A stretch of 64,000 nt of DNA from Hamiltosporidium tvaerminnensis FI-OER-3-3 (taxonomy: Eukaryota; Fungi; Microsporidia), in the NCBI GenBank assembly GCA_022605425.2, contig JAKIMF020000001.1, positions 2,604,001 through 2,668,000 on the forward strand, read 5' to 3'. The notes beneath the pieces are model-generated. The model ran no database searches. It saw only the letters and a program-made list of their open reading frames with translations, and was not told where the DNA came from. Positions 48,753 to 64,000 of this stretch are shown piece by piece; the stretch's first letter is position 1, and the number at the start of each line of letters is the position of its first letter. The translations under genes and the position numbers were made by a program.

Positions 48753-51700
48753 AGTATGTTTTTAAACAAGTGATTCATTTCTTTTATGGTTTTTTATTCG
48801 AATTAGACACCATGTTTGTTTAGATATAGTATATATTTGCTATGTACCTAATTTTATATTTTTTACAACTTATAAATCAAGTATTTTCCCATAAAAGTAT
48901 ATAAATGATTAATCTTTAAAATCCGGAGATTTTTTTTATTTTCGCTTCATTTTAATATTTTTTTATAACTGTAAATTTGATTCAAGATGATTCAGTTTCG
49001 CAGTAAGAAATTCAAACATCTGTCATTTCCGAGTTTGAAATTGTGGTTGAATAATTTCAGTTTAATATGATGATGAAACCGTAATTTTGCTAAAATAGTT
49101 AATATACTGGAGATGAAAGCTATAAAAGTCATATTAATCAGATCATACAATAGCAACGAGAAAATATATAATCTAAATAATTTTAATTTTTCGAGTCCAT
49201 TCATATATTAACGAAGTTTAAAACTGTAAATGTTTTTCCTTAAAACTTTGAAGTAACTTACAAAATCAAAAAGACCTTTTATAGATAAAAGCTTTAGATT
49301 TGCTTGCTTCTCATAAGATAATTTTCTTTTTTTAATTTGTATGAATGCTTTTGTTTTTATTCCTTATATTTAAATTGAACAAAATAAAAACTTGTATGAG
49401 TATATTGTGCATCCAAAATTTTATTGTTACCTCAATTGTAAAAAATTTCAAAATAAAATTTTTACTTAATAGCTTGATTAGACCTTTAATAAAGTATAAT
49501 TTATTTTGCAACAGTTATGAATGCAAAAATAAGTGGCTAGGGTTTAAAATTAGATTTCTACAGCAATTTAAAGAAATCGTAGTTGCATATAAAATCGTTT
49601 TATAAAAAATTTATCATATAAAAATAGGAATATATTAATTTCGAACTTCATATATTTGCAAGATACATGAACCATTTCGTTTATTCTGTTTTACAGAAAT
49701 ACGAATGAATAACCTTTATGTTTTGCAAGAAATAATGATAGTTCATTTTCACGATTTCAGAGAACTTGCATCGTGATAGCAAAATTATAGAGGTATTCTT
49801 GCAAAAATTCAAAAGTTCTATAGGAAATATTAAATTAATATACAAGATCTAAAACTATAGCGTTTTAAAGATTATAAAGTTTCATTGATTCAAAACGACC
49901 AAATGTAGCCTGTAAAAATCAACAGTGCTATTCCACATTGCATTATAGAATACAAAAATATTTAATGTTCATTAACCATCCAAAAATTCTCTGTAATGAT
50001 AAAAAATCTTATATATTTTTAATAAATTATTATCTTTGTACCATAACAATTTTCTGATATTAATATAATTAATAACAGTTTCATTAGTAAATTTTAAATT
50101 TGAAGCTGCTATTTTCAAATATATTAAGATGTTGCAAGATCAATTGTACTTCTAAATTAAAGTTTACAAAAAACTATTTTATTAAAAAACCTAAAAAAAT
50201 TCCAAACATACCTAAAGCTCTCTTAAATACTATGACGCTAAAAATTTATTTTCAAATACCAAGATCTTTGATTCTTGTTCTGTTTTTTGAGGCATTTTTA
50301 GGGCAACTTAATTTCCAAAGAGGTTTTTAAATGTGTTTATGTCTCTTTTCAGAATATATTTTTGAAATACTCTGTATTACATATTGCATTTACATAAAAA
50401 AAAAAATTAATCGATGCCAAATAGCTATAGAATACGTCTAACGAAATTCTTGTATTTTCAATAATAAATTTATTTTAATGTTTCAATATTGACAAGAGAT
50501 GCTTTTTTTAGTATGCTTCAAAAAAGCAACATTTATTAACATAGAAATCAGTATATACTATAAAAGTTCGACTTTATGTAATTTATAGGCAGAGTTAAAT
50601 GACTTATAAATATCTGGATGGTAACTGCAAAAATAACTGTATATATCGTTTTATATGCTGATGCACTATAGTTTTAAATGGAAAAATAATTTAGTTTGTG
50701 CATTTAAATTTATAATTTTTTTGCAATTGCCTATGAACACCAGTAATTTATTTGGTAAAAACTTTCTAACGAATAGTTTCTCTAATATTTATATTGAATA
50801 CAAAAAAACAAATGGCTTTTATATTTAGGACATATTTACAAAATAACCACTCTTTAATGACAAATGGTATCATTTAATATGTATATTCAATAAAGCTTTA
50901 CATTTTAACGCTGTGAATATAAATTTACAGACTTTTTAAATTTATCTTGAAATAGTTGAGATTTGTGTGAAAACAACAAAAATGACTGGTATAATTCAAG
51001 AGACAAATATTCTGTTTAAGTCAAAATTTTAAACTAAAAAATTGTAAAATACTTTAATAACTCGCTCCTTTTTTTGATTCCAACTTAACTTTTTTTGCAA
51101 CCTTTGTAAGGTTAACGCGTTTAACTGTTATGTTTCATAAAAATTAGAGAAAATTTCGACTTACAGTTAACCTACAATATGTTGATATTTGCTGCATTTC
51201 GAACAGTTTTGATTAGAAGTGTATTTAACAAGAGTTTCGATTTTAAATATTTTAAAGAAACATGCAAGGTATTTTAATCCTTTGTTAATGAAAAAACTAT
51301 TTAAAGCACAATTTATTATTTTTAATATATCTGGTTTTTACTCTCATCGCATCCAAAACTCCAATGATTTGGATTTTTAATAAAACATAATTTTTCGGTA
51401 AAAAGTATTTTTTTTATTATATTTAACATGAATCCTTTTATGAATACTATATAAAACAATATTAAAAACCGTAATTATTCTTTTAGTAAATGATTTAGTT
51501 TATATATTGTAAATTTTAAAAAACATATATGTCTTTATCAAGCAAATCCAGTGCTTTCTAATAGGGAAGTATTCGTTTCGATTCCATGTAATTGAAAGTC
51601 AATATTTTAAAAAATAACACAATGTGCTATATTAAAAGATTTAGCCTCGATAAATCAATATAAACGATTAAAGAAACGCGTCTATCGCTTTTGAGTCAAA

Positions 51701-54700
51701 AACCGCTAATCTTTGTCATGTGTGTAATAAATAAACATTAAAAACATTTTCTTTAGATAAGAATTATTGTATAAGTTTCATTTTAGTCATAAGATGAAGC
51801 ACGTAAAAATTACTGTTGGATATTTGCTGCTTTGAGAACCAATTTTAAATATTTTGAGTAAAATTCTAGTTTTATATTGTATTAAAATGAATTTAACATG
51901 CTCGTACTCTTTCCTCATATGATTCGAAGAGGTAATATGAAAGATTCCACCCATTTTCTTTTTAAATTATTATCTAGAGTTTTAATTCTGTTATTTAGTC
52001 ATGAGGTCAAATTTTCCAAAAAATTATAGTATAATTTAGTATACAACTGATTACGTTTTTCTATTTTTTTAGCCCGAGCTACAATTTATTATATATTTTA
52101 GCTTAGAAACTATATATGATGTGTTGCTTCTAAGAATTGTATTTTTAACAAATATCGATTAGATTTCCGCATAATTCTGCTTAGATAATTTTTCGATATT
52201 TTTACTATGTTCTTCAAAAATTTAAACAAGTTGAATGATCAAATACGCTTTGGACTTAGCAAAGCACCCATGAACTCGAAAAATATAATTCAAATATAAT
52301 TAAAAATTCGAATTTACTTTCCAGATAAAACCGTCTCATCAGTTTTGCTTCACACGAAAGAATGTCATGGTATGCTTTATCAATATTATGTAAAAGATAA
52401 AAGTTGTTCTATCAGACAAAATTAATTTTTTGTATAGATTTGAAAATATAATTACATTTGTTTGAATTATATTGTTTTTGATAATGACTCATTTGGAAAT
52501 TATAAAATTCGTAAATTTTTATAATAATAAAGTAAAAATTACTCGAAATAATTCCACCTACAAAGTTTTTTTTTGCTTTCTTTTAAGCTTGCAAAGTTTT
52601 CTGTAAACAAATTTGAAAATAGTTTACATTTTTATGTTATTAGAATTTTTAAAAAACACAAATGTTTTAAATAACTTTAAAAATGAAACCATCTAACATA
52701 TTAAATCGAATGCTTTTGAACATCTTGATAAATTTTGGAATATTCCCAGGAAGTTCTTATAACAAGAGTTTTAATATTTTGCTTAACTATTTGTGTGCAA
52801 ATAATCGAGCGCTTGGACCCGAAGACTTTCAATCATTAAACGTTTTTTTTTTCCGCTGTATTTATCCTGAAAAAGCAAATATTGTTTCTGTTTTTTACAG
52901 TTTTTATATTTGATTTTTTGAAAAATATTTGAGAACATAAATGATAATATGAGTAACATAAACTTACATCTATTGATATAATTATCAAAAAAGTGTCAAA
53001 TGGCTTAAAATTTGTTGTAAAACCTAAATATTATTTTAAATAAGATTAAAAATAATTTATAACTATGATAAGATTAGATTTATTGATTAAGAATTTATCA
53101 AAATAATATTAGGCTTATTGCTATTTTGATAACTTAAAGTTCCTTGGATTTTTTTATCCATAAAATTCGGTTTATATTCTACGAGAAATCATGCACCAAT
53201 ATTTTTACGACTCAAAAGACATTCAGAAATATAAATGAAACACTTACTATAATATTATGAAGATAATTATGAGTGTATTAATAACTAAAAGAGCCAAATT
53301 ATCAATATATACTTTTGTAATAATCAAATTACAAAACGGAAATAATAGATATTAAGCTGTAAAAAACAAAAACAAGGCATTAAATATATAAATTGACAGT
53401 AAATAAAGGACAAACCTTTATCATATTTTATTTATACACCGATAAATAACTCTAATTTTCTGTGTCTTTACAAACAATATGCGTTTGTCATAAAATATTA
53501 AAATAAAATTTTCAAAATTGCCTAGGTTTTTCATTGTTAGTAAATTTTTAAGCTAATAAGTCGATAAATAAAACTATATATTTACTCATTAAGATTTGTA
53601 TTTATTAATATTAATTCACAAAAGCCTTATTTTTCAAAAGAAAAAAATAATATAAACTTTCGATCAACTCTTATGTTTATAGAGAGGAATAAATATATAC
53701 ACATGTTACCTATTGCCAGTGCTAATTTTATTGTAATGAATATGTTATTTAAACCATATTTTTTCATTTATAAATCTTTCTTATAATTTGTTTTAAATAT
53801 ATAGAGAAAAAAGCAAAGATATACTTATTGCCATTGAAAAAAACTAAATATGTGGCTTCGAACAAAAAATGAAATGTAAGTTTCCTGACCTAATGATCTC
53901 TTTTAAAAACAAATTGATTATTTGTCTGTTGGTGATAGTCATACTAACCGAATATAATAGGACCTTTTATAGATTTTTGTGCCTATTTAAGAAAAATACT
54001 TTTAGTATCAAGCGATACTTTTATTTTTTTAAGTATTTTGATCAGTAGAAAAAAAGAATTAAAAAAATTTTTTTTTCACCAAAATTAAACTTTCAATCTA
54101 TTTTCGTAGGAATTAATTTCTTTCTAAGGAGAAAACCTGCAAAGTTCTTATCTTTTCCTTGAATTTAAATGCTATTTTTTTCATTCTTAGAATCTATTTT
54201 TAAATCATACAATTTCTACTATGTACTTTTCAGTAGTTTTGCATTTAAAACCAAAATAAAATAGCAAAGACTCAAAATACGAATTATCATGATTATCTTA
54301 TATTTACTATCCTAGATTTTTGAATATTTCTTATTCCACATCATAATAAGATATATTGACCATGACCAATAAAAACGATGAACTCTTTTTTTATGTTCTG
54401 GTATGTGTAAATTATATTATTTAAGGAATATTTTTTATTTTGCTAGCTACCATCAAATGTAATATGATTGATGCCAATATATATTTTTTAATATTTAAAC
54501 ATTCTTATAAAAATTTTATTGCACGAATATAAAAAAATTTATTCACAAAAAAATACTGGTTTAAATTTAAAGCACTAGAATTTTAGATTATAAGTTAAGG
54601 AAATAATATGTGGAATTGAAATATTTATATCTTAGATATAAACTTGGCAATATAATGTTTTTTCAGCTTATTTATTAAAAAAATTCCAATTTATCTTTTT

Positions 54701-57700
54701 TTTTGAATATATGAAAGCCTGAATATTTTTTAAGTTATTCATAACATTTTTTAATTCGTAGATCGTTTAGTTTCCTTCACCATGTAGTATCTTCCAACCC
54801 AATAATTGACTTTTAATTAGTTTTAAATACTTGATATTTTATTAAAAAATTCATTATTTCGAGACACCGTTACAATTTATATTTTATGAAGACAATAAAA
54901 TAAAACGGATGTTTTTATTTCAGCCATATTTAAAATAAATTCATACTGAATTAAATATGTTATTAACTATTTTGAAACGTGTCTATTAAAATTGACAATA
55001 AAATGGTATATACCAGTGCGGATATTTTGAAAATCAACTTAATGAATATAATGCACAATATAATAAAATATTAAGATAAATTTCGTTTTTAACTGAATTC
55101 CTAAAATAGGAATACTTCGATAAAATATGTATCAATAGAATATTTCATTTTATATTTTCATTTCAAATTTGTTTATTTTAATGAACGGTATTTCTATTAT
55201 AATCAAATTCAATAAATAACTCATAAAGCAAATTAAAATAACAGTACAAACAAGAAAAAACATCAAAATATTTTCTTTAAAACCGAAAAGATTATTTTGT
55301 ACATCTTATCATAATTTTATTTTTTAAAAACTGTATTTTAAATATTTTAATGCAGTAAAAAATATTGTAAACTACAAATTTAAATTTAATATATTTTTAA
55401 TATAATCGATCCCAAAAATATAAATATCATAAAAGTATTACATATACTATTCGTTAAATAAAACCCTTTGCGATATAATATTTTAGATTATTTTATTCAT
55501 AGAACAGATAAATTAAAATCATTATTATAGAGTTATACCAAATATAATATTTAACGATAAGATTGATTTCATGAAAAATTAAAATAATATTGGAATTCAG
55601 AGAAAGTGTTTTAAAATAGATTTATTGTCATATGTACTATTTTTTGAATTATTTTTAATTTTCAGATTATTTTAAACATTAATGCCATTTTATAATTTTG
55701 TAATTCTGGCTTTTTATAGCTTAAATGGTATGACCGTTGTGACCCATATTATCTTTATTTTCTAAAATAAACTATTTGATTGTATCAGAACCCTCTAACA
55801 GAATATTTTCAACGTTTGCAGTATAACTAGACGCATCACCGTTAAAAACATAAAAGTATATATTTGAAATGTTTAAACCAGCCTGTTTTAAAATCAAATT
55901 ATTTCTTACTATAGTGGGTAGAAATGATAGTTTTTAAATTCAAACAAAAAACAAAATTTTCCAGTGCTTCTATGAAGAAATGGTTGAGACATATAATAAC
56001 ATGTTAAATTACCTTTCCACCTTTTTATTGTTACAGAAACATCCTAATATGAACAATAAAATTTACATTTAAAATTTTATCCTGAAATAGTGATTTAAAC
56101 CGCCAGAGTAAATAAATTAAGAAAATTAAAATTAATATAACAACATATCTAATTTTATAATTTTCTGAAAAAGTCACATTTAATATTTTGAAATAATTTT
56201 GTCCTTATCTTCATTGGAAATATATGTTCTATTATACTTTTCTTTCAAATATACTAGTTAGGAAATACTTGTTGTCATTTTTAGTTAGTACTTTCTAAGT
56301 CTTAGATACACTATTTTAATAAATATATCACACCAGGATCTATCTAACAACCAAAAAAATAATCGATATAAAAGAAATTCTAGTCTGTAAAAACACATTA
56401 CAACTAGAATTTCCATTAAACAAAGTATTTTTATTTCTCCTAACAAAATGATAAATTATATGTGATGCGAGAATATCAAAACCGTCTTTGTTATAACCGT
56501 TTATAATATTTTCTATTACCCTTTATAAATAGAGAATAAATTCTATAAATTGATCATTAAAATTTATTGCAAATATTACTCCCATTTGTTTCAAATACGA
56601 AAAACACTAAAAAATAAAATATGCGCTACTTTTAATTCAATATTAATACAGAAACATAAAAGTATTATACCATGATATAAATAGATGAGCGTTATAACTT
56701 TAAAGGTTTTCCTTTAAAAAATCGTCTAATTTTTGAATAAATATTAAGATTTTGATTATTTAGTTCTGGAATTTGAAAAATGAATTAGAAATAAATTGAA
56801 TCGAGATTTAAATTTTTAAAAAAAATATTTGCATATCCGTGAAAAAATATAGATCTATCAACAAATAACGGTAGATTGGAAGCTTCGAATTAAAACAATT
56901 AAAAACGTTGTGAAATAAACAAAGAAAAGGATATATTGAAAAAAGACTTCGCTACAGATTTTCTTCTACCGGTATTAATCTATAGGCAATCATGTAAAAT
57001 ACTTAGATTAGATTCTTTAAATAAACTTATATAATACAAATTTTGGTTTTCCAGGCTCCTCTCAATAAATCAATATTTTTTTAACATTTGATTAAATGTT
57101 TTTTGCCATTATACGTTTAAACTCTTGGAAATAGTTTTCTTCCTTTGGTTTTTATAGTGAAGTAAAAAGATTTCTTTATTATTAATATTTGTTGTTTTCT
57201 TTGAGAAGACTATTGGTTCTTATGAATCTTTTTAAGAATAATATGTGTTTTCAGACACTAAGAAGTTGTTTTTTTGCAAGTAAATATTCGTTAAGAAATC
57301 AAAAAAATAAGATTTCAAAGGTTATCAAAAGCAAAAATAAATCTCGGAAAAACTTTCCAGGATTTTTAACCCTATTAAAGCAAGCTTAGCACATAGTATT
57401 TGAATTTAAACATAATATCAAAGTATTTTTATCTGAATTGAAATAAACGTTTGGCCACGATATAAAACCAAAGAATTTTTATAGAAACTAGAAAGTGTAT
57501 AATAAGAATCCAATACTCCCAAATCTAGTACCGAGGTATATTATTTAGATTTTTAGTATTTATGTTTAAGATCTTATTCGGGAGAATGATGTTAAAGCTT
57601 TGTTGTTAATACTTTGAAGGCAAAGTAATTGCATCGTTATTATTTAAGACAAAAAAAAGACAACTGCCATTAACAGTTAACAAACAAAATTTTGTTTTGG

Positions 57701-59544
57701 TTTCCTTTATGAGTAATTTTAAACTTATATAACTTATCAGAATTTTTTTTTTTTTTGCTTTTTAGTGTTCATGATTTTTGTGCTAGTTATTATGTTTGGA
57801 TACACCATAATAACAATGATTTTAATAATTTTAAGCTTTATATTTGGTCTTTATAAAATGACTCGTATAGTCTGAATAATTAATATAATACTTTGTTTGA
57901 ATAATTGCAATTAGCATTAAGCTTTAAATTTATTATTTTTATTTAGAAAACAATTTAAAAGTAGTTTTTTAAATATAAAGCACAATTATAACAACCAAAC
58001 TTAAATTTGAACAAAACTTTGTAGAATTCTAGTATTTGTTTTTTTTTAAAAATTTAGTCAGATTTGAGAATTGTTATTTTCGGAGATTGAGGTATAGTTA
58101 AAATATAAATAGAGATTTTTTTTAAAATATTATTTGCACATATACAGATATAATAAAAACCTGGTTTTTTCTAGTAAAGAATATATAAATTATTGTAGTT
58201 TCGTTACTAGAAGAGCATTTTCCAAATACAAATTTTACTATTATATTTTTTTTAACGTATTAAACTAATATTTAAATGTAGTTTTACAAAAGAATGAAAC
58301 AAGTAACTCTTCAAACCAAACTCGAGATAATCTGATAATACTACTGCGTGACTAATAATAATCATTCTGATATTAAAAATTTAAAAAAACCTAAAATTCA
58401 CAAAACATCCAGTATAACTATAAAAATTCAACTATGATAAAAGAAAGTATTAAGGAAGTCTAAGAACTAAGTAGGATTTTATAGCTATCCCGTGCTTTTT
58501 CAAGAATGTCCTTCAATTGACGAAAACATACTTTTTTATGACGCCTGGTCAAATTTCATGATTTAATTTTTTTAACCATGAATTAATTGGTTTTTTTACA
58601 GAAATAAAATCAATAAAATCAAGTAAACTCCTCACAAAAATCTTTTACAGGACATCTTGAGATTTTAAAGATGTGTTTTATTGAAAAATTTTATGATTAT
58701 AAATAGGCTTAATAATTTTCTTCAATATAAGTTGCGCAAAATACAATTTTAAATGAAAGATAGCTCCAAATTAATAATATAGCTAGATAAGAAAAAGCTT
58801 ATCAAATAATTCAATATTCTCATACACATTCTATTTTGTTTGAACGTCTAATTTTCAAATATTTACTTAAATATTTACCATAGAAATAATATTATTCACC
58901 GAAACCATTTTTCGACCCTTGATAAAAAAATATATTGACGAAAAATATGCAAAAATGCTAAACCAGAATCAATAATTTACACAATTTCAGCATATTTCTA
59001 TGAGTTTCTAAATATAATGCTTTTATAAAAACGGTTCATGCTAAATCGTCTAATTAAAAACAAGCAGATAATACCATATAATATATGAATTTTTATAAGA
59101 GTCATTAGAATAAAGTTTTTTTTCGCAAATGGCATCCTACCAGGCGATTATAAATATCACTATATATTCCTAGTTAAAAATTTTTCCATAAAATTCAAGC
59201 TACTTTATTTCGTTTAGAATATCATATTATTACGTTTATATGCCATGATCTATAGTTTTTAATATTATACGTAATTTTAGCTTTATACAGAAACTTTTTC
59301 TCAATACTCTAAAGTCATACCTTAGAGAAATACTAAGGTTTTTAATCCATAATGTACATAAAGAAAGTTAAATATGCGCGGCCTTGTTTTGCGTTTGTAA
59401 GAGCTCTTTAACTAGCATACTTTAGAAAACAAAAATTTTCTATTAGACTTTGTAAAATGTGTATTATAGAAAAGGATAACACTATGAACAAAATAGCTTA
59501 CAGCGAATAAATCTTTGCGACTTAGATTAAGTCTTCTTTTTTTA

Positions 59545-59660
59545 GCCTAGACATACAAACAGGTATAACCTGCTACTTAACATTCTGTTGGCGTAAGAAT
59601 GTTATATTTTTGTATCATCCAGAGACTAAGTCTTCCGTTTAGTGTGACTGAACCTAGGCA
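59545..59660 (-). mobile_element. Fragment homologous to 10085-10205
   Basis: Reverse complement shares gaagacttag...gat.aaaaata...taagtagcaggttatacctgtt(t/g)gtatg with 10108-10190. Confidence 0.7.
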
Positions 59661-62600
59661 AGGAATGTTTTTGGATACCGATAACTAAGATTCAGAATAG
59701 GTATAGAATCTAGTTATATAGAAAACTACAAAATTATTTATAGAAAAATCTGCAGGGCTTAAAGATCTTTTCATTTATTAAAAAGTCGTTTAAAACAAAC
59801 AAAAACACTGTTTTTTGATTAAACCAAGGATTCAAACTATAATCATCCCAGAAATTTAACTTTATATTGCTCTTAAGATAGCTTTCCTCGTTGGATGACC
59901 AATTTTAGCCGATATTAATCCAAAAAAATTTTATTATAGGACTAGAATGTTTATAACAATTAGAAAGAGAAATATTTTCTCGGTAAAGTATATTTTTAAC
60001 ACAGAAGAGTAAAATTTCTTTTGAAGTAACTTGTGAGGTTTTCTATTATTAAAAGGGGTAACTTAACCAAACCTGTCTAAAGAATAACTATTAGGTCTTA
60101 TATTTTTCTCTTCAGAGTTAATAAAACAAAAATTAATAAATTTTTATGTTCTGAATTATTTTCCAAAAAACAGGCTCTTCTTTTTTTGTAGTATGAACGA
60201 ATAGGTCTTAATATTCCCTTTAAACCGTTCCATTTAATAAATATACAAGGATACAAAGTTCTCAAACAATCTTAGATTTTTTTTATCTTTTATTCACATA
60301 CACTGTTAATAATCAAAAATAGTCTTCTTTACCGATTTAAACAAATAACTTTTCTCTCGGATTTTTTTTAACTTGCATAGCCATGAAGTATTTTTTAATC
60401 TAATATTCAAGACAATATTCAGATCACGCTTCATTTTATTTAATTTCAAGGGTGCATATAGATCCCTCATTTGCATATTATTATTTAAATTTTGCAAAAT
60501 ATTAGATAATTTAAATTGCTATCACAATATAATTTTCATGTATTAATCATGAGATTTTAGTTTTTAAATACTTATATAACTTTATTAAAAATTGGTGGCA
60601 TTAATCCCGATTTTCTCTAAGAATATTAAAAAACTTAACACAATTTAATTAATATAAACGTCGTTTTGCTTAGTATGTGAATATACTCAATAACCTATTA
60701 TAAAAACCTTTCATACATATATTATGTTTTGTTTTGACAGAGAAAAACATATCTGTAGGAGGTCTCATATATCTAATCATTTCCAAAAAGATTTTTAGAA
60801 ATTTAAAAAAATGTTTGTAAAAACGTCAACAACTTTACAGTTATCAATGAAGGATGATTTCACATAAAAATTCTAAAATTATCGAAAAACCGTAACAAAC
60901 CGCTATTTCAAAACTAAAGAAAATAGATTAATGATCACAGAACTGAGTTATTTAAAACATTTAAAAATAAATTCATTTAGACTGTAAAGTCAATGTTAAC
61001 TTTTGCAAGAATATACTTGTACTTTTTAAATGCAACAAAAATTAAATCCAAATGTACATTAGTTGATTATTAATACTTAAATTATACCAATAAATATATT
61101 TAAAAAAGAAAACTATAAACACATTAATTTTTAGGTTTTAAATTAAATCAATGTACCATTTACCGTCATTTCAAAAATCCATATTGTACAATTTTTATTT
61201 AGTTCAGATGTTAGATTTATACATAATTAATAGTAAGTTTAATGTATATACTTAAATTCGCTGGTGGGTCAATTTTTTACTTTATAAAGGGTATTTTAAA
61301 TACAAAATGGCCAAAAATACTTCTTTGGTTCAAAATGAAGAATTTCCAATATATTTATATAAACGTTATAAATAAATTGGATTTAATAAACCTTTTTCTG
61401 CAAACAAAAATTTTTAATCTAGTTTTGCCAGAATTGATTTAAAATTTCTTTCTTCTAAAAATTTTATGTTTAATACACCGTGGCATAATTCATATCAACG
61501 AATATAGTCGATTCATTACTTAAAACAATATATTTTTCCAAACATCTTTTACTTCTATGCTGCCTCTGTATTTAATATGTTTAAGTTGTAATCAGAGTCA
61601 TTTATTAAAATTATAAATTATTAGAAACATTGGCATATTTAAGATACTTTTGATTTAATTTTATTGTAAAAAAAATATTTGAATTTCTCTAAATTATTTT
61701 GCTACATTTTCTAATGTTTTTCCTGATAAAAAATTTTGTTTTCTATTTCATGATTTAAAATCAGTTAAGAAAAATAGAATTAAAAAAAAACCGACAATAA
61801 AGTAATTAAATATAAATTTTGATTATTTCGCTTTTAAATCTTAGCTTAAGAATAAAATACTAAAACAATTAAAAGATATTTGCAAGAAGAAAGAATTATA
61901 AAAATTATAAAAACAGGGCTTTAAAAAATATTTAGATTGTTTTTATTTAATGCGGTAATAAAAAAATTAACTGCTATGAATATTTTATAAAAAAGGGTCT
62001 CATTAAATATTTTTTCTGTAAATCCCTTTCACCTAGATATATGTAAAATGAATTTTTGAAGTGCAAAAAGAAGTAGCTTATAATGTTTTGAAGAATTTTT
62101 TCGAAAAAATAAAATTATCAGTACAAACTCATTTAAATAATTAGGAAAGTAAAATACAGAAGAATTAGAATGTAATAGTTGGAAAAAGATTCGAAGGAAT
62201 GAAATAAATAAGGATTTGCTGAATTCTATTGATGAAATAGGATGCGAAAATATAAACCGAATCTAATTTCCATCAAAGTAATCTGTTTTAAATCGAGATG
62301 ATTTAATGGTACAGAATAAAAGCAAAACATATAAAACAACCTCCGTAGGTTGTCTTCTTTATAAATAACTGTTCTAATGATAAATTACAGGTGGAGTTTT
62401 AACAACAAAAAGAGTTTAATCAAAAGGTTTCTGATGTGATCGCTAAACTTTGAGAGTCAAGCAATATGAAACTTTATACCGTAAAACTGGATGTAGAACA
62501 ATAGAATCAATAAATTATTGTTGGAAATCCGGATGGTATCGATAAGTTATTTAAAATGCATAAGGAAAAGGCCATTTCAGCAAAGAATAGATATTGATGA

Positions 62601-64000
62601 TGCAGATGTATTTTTGAATTTAAATATTAAGCGTTCTTATGTATTGGATTTTAAAAATTTTTATAAAATTTCAAAATATCTGATTCTATGCCATTTTCTG
62701 CAACAAATTAAAAAGAGTTTTTAAATTTCACAGAAAGCATTTTGTAAGTATAAAAAAGAAAATCTGGAGCCCGAAGAAATAAAACTATATTTTTTTAAAA
62801 TCGAAAGAAAAGATATAATGAAAATATTAAAATTGATTTGTTAATACTTAACGGTAGGGTGTTTATAATATTTGTCGAAACTAAACATATGATTGAGATG
62901 CTACGATACTAATTAGAGACAGATCTTCTATAAATAACATCTCTACATGATGATGTTGAAATGGTAGTCAAAGAAAAACTTGTAGATAAATTTAGGACCG
63001 AAAGGGCTCGCGTTTCGATTTGAACCATTATATTTTAGGATAGAATGTATATTTACAGATAAAACTTATTATAATTTTTGATCTTCCAATAGTTAAAGGA
63101 ATACCAAATGGGGAAACATATATTCATCGTGTAATTCATCCAGAAGATTTTGAAGGTCTGAGTTTGTGGTTGACCTAGTAAGTGATTCAAAGTATTCCAA
63201 TGTTATATTAAGACTTCAAAATTCTTTAAAGTGTTGCCAAGGTTTTTAGATTCAAGCTGTTATGAAGGCCGGGAAGAAAAAACTTTAACTGACAATAAAA
63301 TTATTAGATCTTCAAAAGTTTGTGATTCAGATGATTTCATGATTTCACAAAAAACATTCATTTTATTTGTTTTTACGTGCGATAGTATTATATATTTAAT
63401 AAAGTATTTTGTTTTAAATTCTATTCTATATAATCCTCTTGATATGTTCTTTGTAAATTTTTGGTAACATGAACATATATTACAATTTAAAACCTAAATA
63501 TAAATTTTGTCGTAAGTTGTGTTTGAATTCGAGGTGCTTGGCAAAAATTATCTGAGTGTTTAAATTTCTTCACCTTTCGGTCCGATGTTTTTGTTTAGAT
63601 TCGACTAATTTTTTATATTTTGGATTGATATTTTGTTCTAGGTCATTCAAAATATATTAAAAATTTATTTCATTGTTTGTGGGATAATTTACAATTTATC
63701 TATGACATAATATGATATAAATACATGCCTTTCTCTGCAAATATCAATATCAATACGCTCTAGTAAAGCCATATTTAACATTTTTTAGCACAGTTTCGTT
63801 GATATAAATTACAGCAAGAATATTACGCTGTGTTTTAGAGTGAGATCGACTTGATATATGCCGCTATTTATTCGAGATTTCAACCATCTAGATTATATAT
63901 TATAAGATCTACTTTTAATAACATCCTGTGCTATTACAAGGAATGATTTCAACCATAGATTTTCAGAAATATTAAGTCCATCTACCAAAATGTTTCATTC

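Overview
Very AT-rich, gene-sparse eukaryotic DNA. The intron-less genes, CCC/GGG motifs just upstream of several ATGs, and divergent septin, Sfp1-like zinc finger and Nha1-type antiporter point to a large-genome microsporidian (inference; species not determined). Host genes: a 5'-truncated hypothetical gene, a septin, an Sfp1-like C2H2 protein, a CPA1 Na+/H+ antiporter and several orphan secreted or membrane proteins. Two orphans (22.6 kb and 46.9 kb) are clear paralogs with a shared ~300-aa C-terminal domain, and the second is broken by one in-frame TAA. Intergenic DNA holds many mobile elements: a near-complete RLE-type (R4/Dong-like) non-LTR retrotransposon with a 12-bp flanking direct repeat and almost no UTRs, five 3' remnants of its family, a second decayed RLE-like family, two animal-type RTE 3' ends, a full-length piggyBac (TTAA duplications, TIRs, broken transposase, 50-bp internal palindrome) and a 222-bp hAT/Buster-like MITE. 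I found no credible intact gene from ~48.8 kb to the end. All alignments were made by eye.
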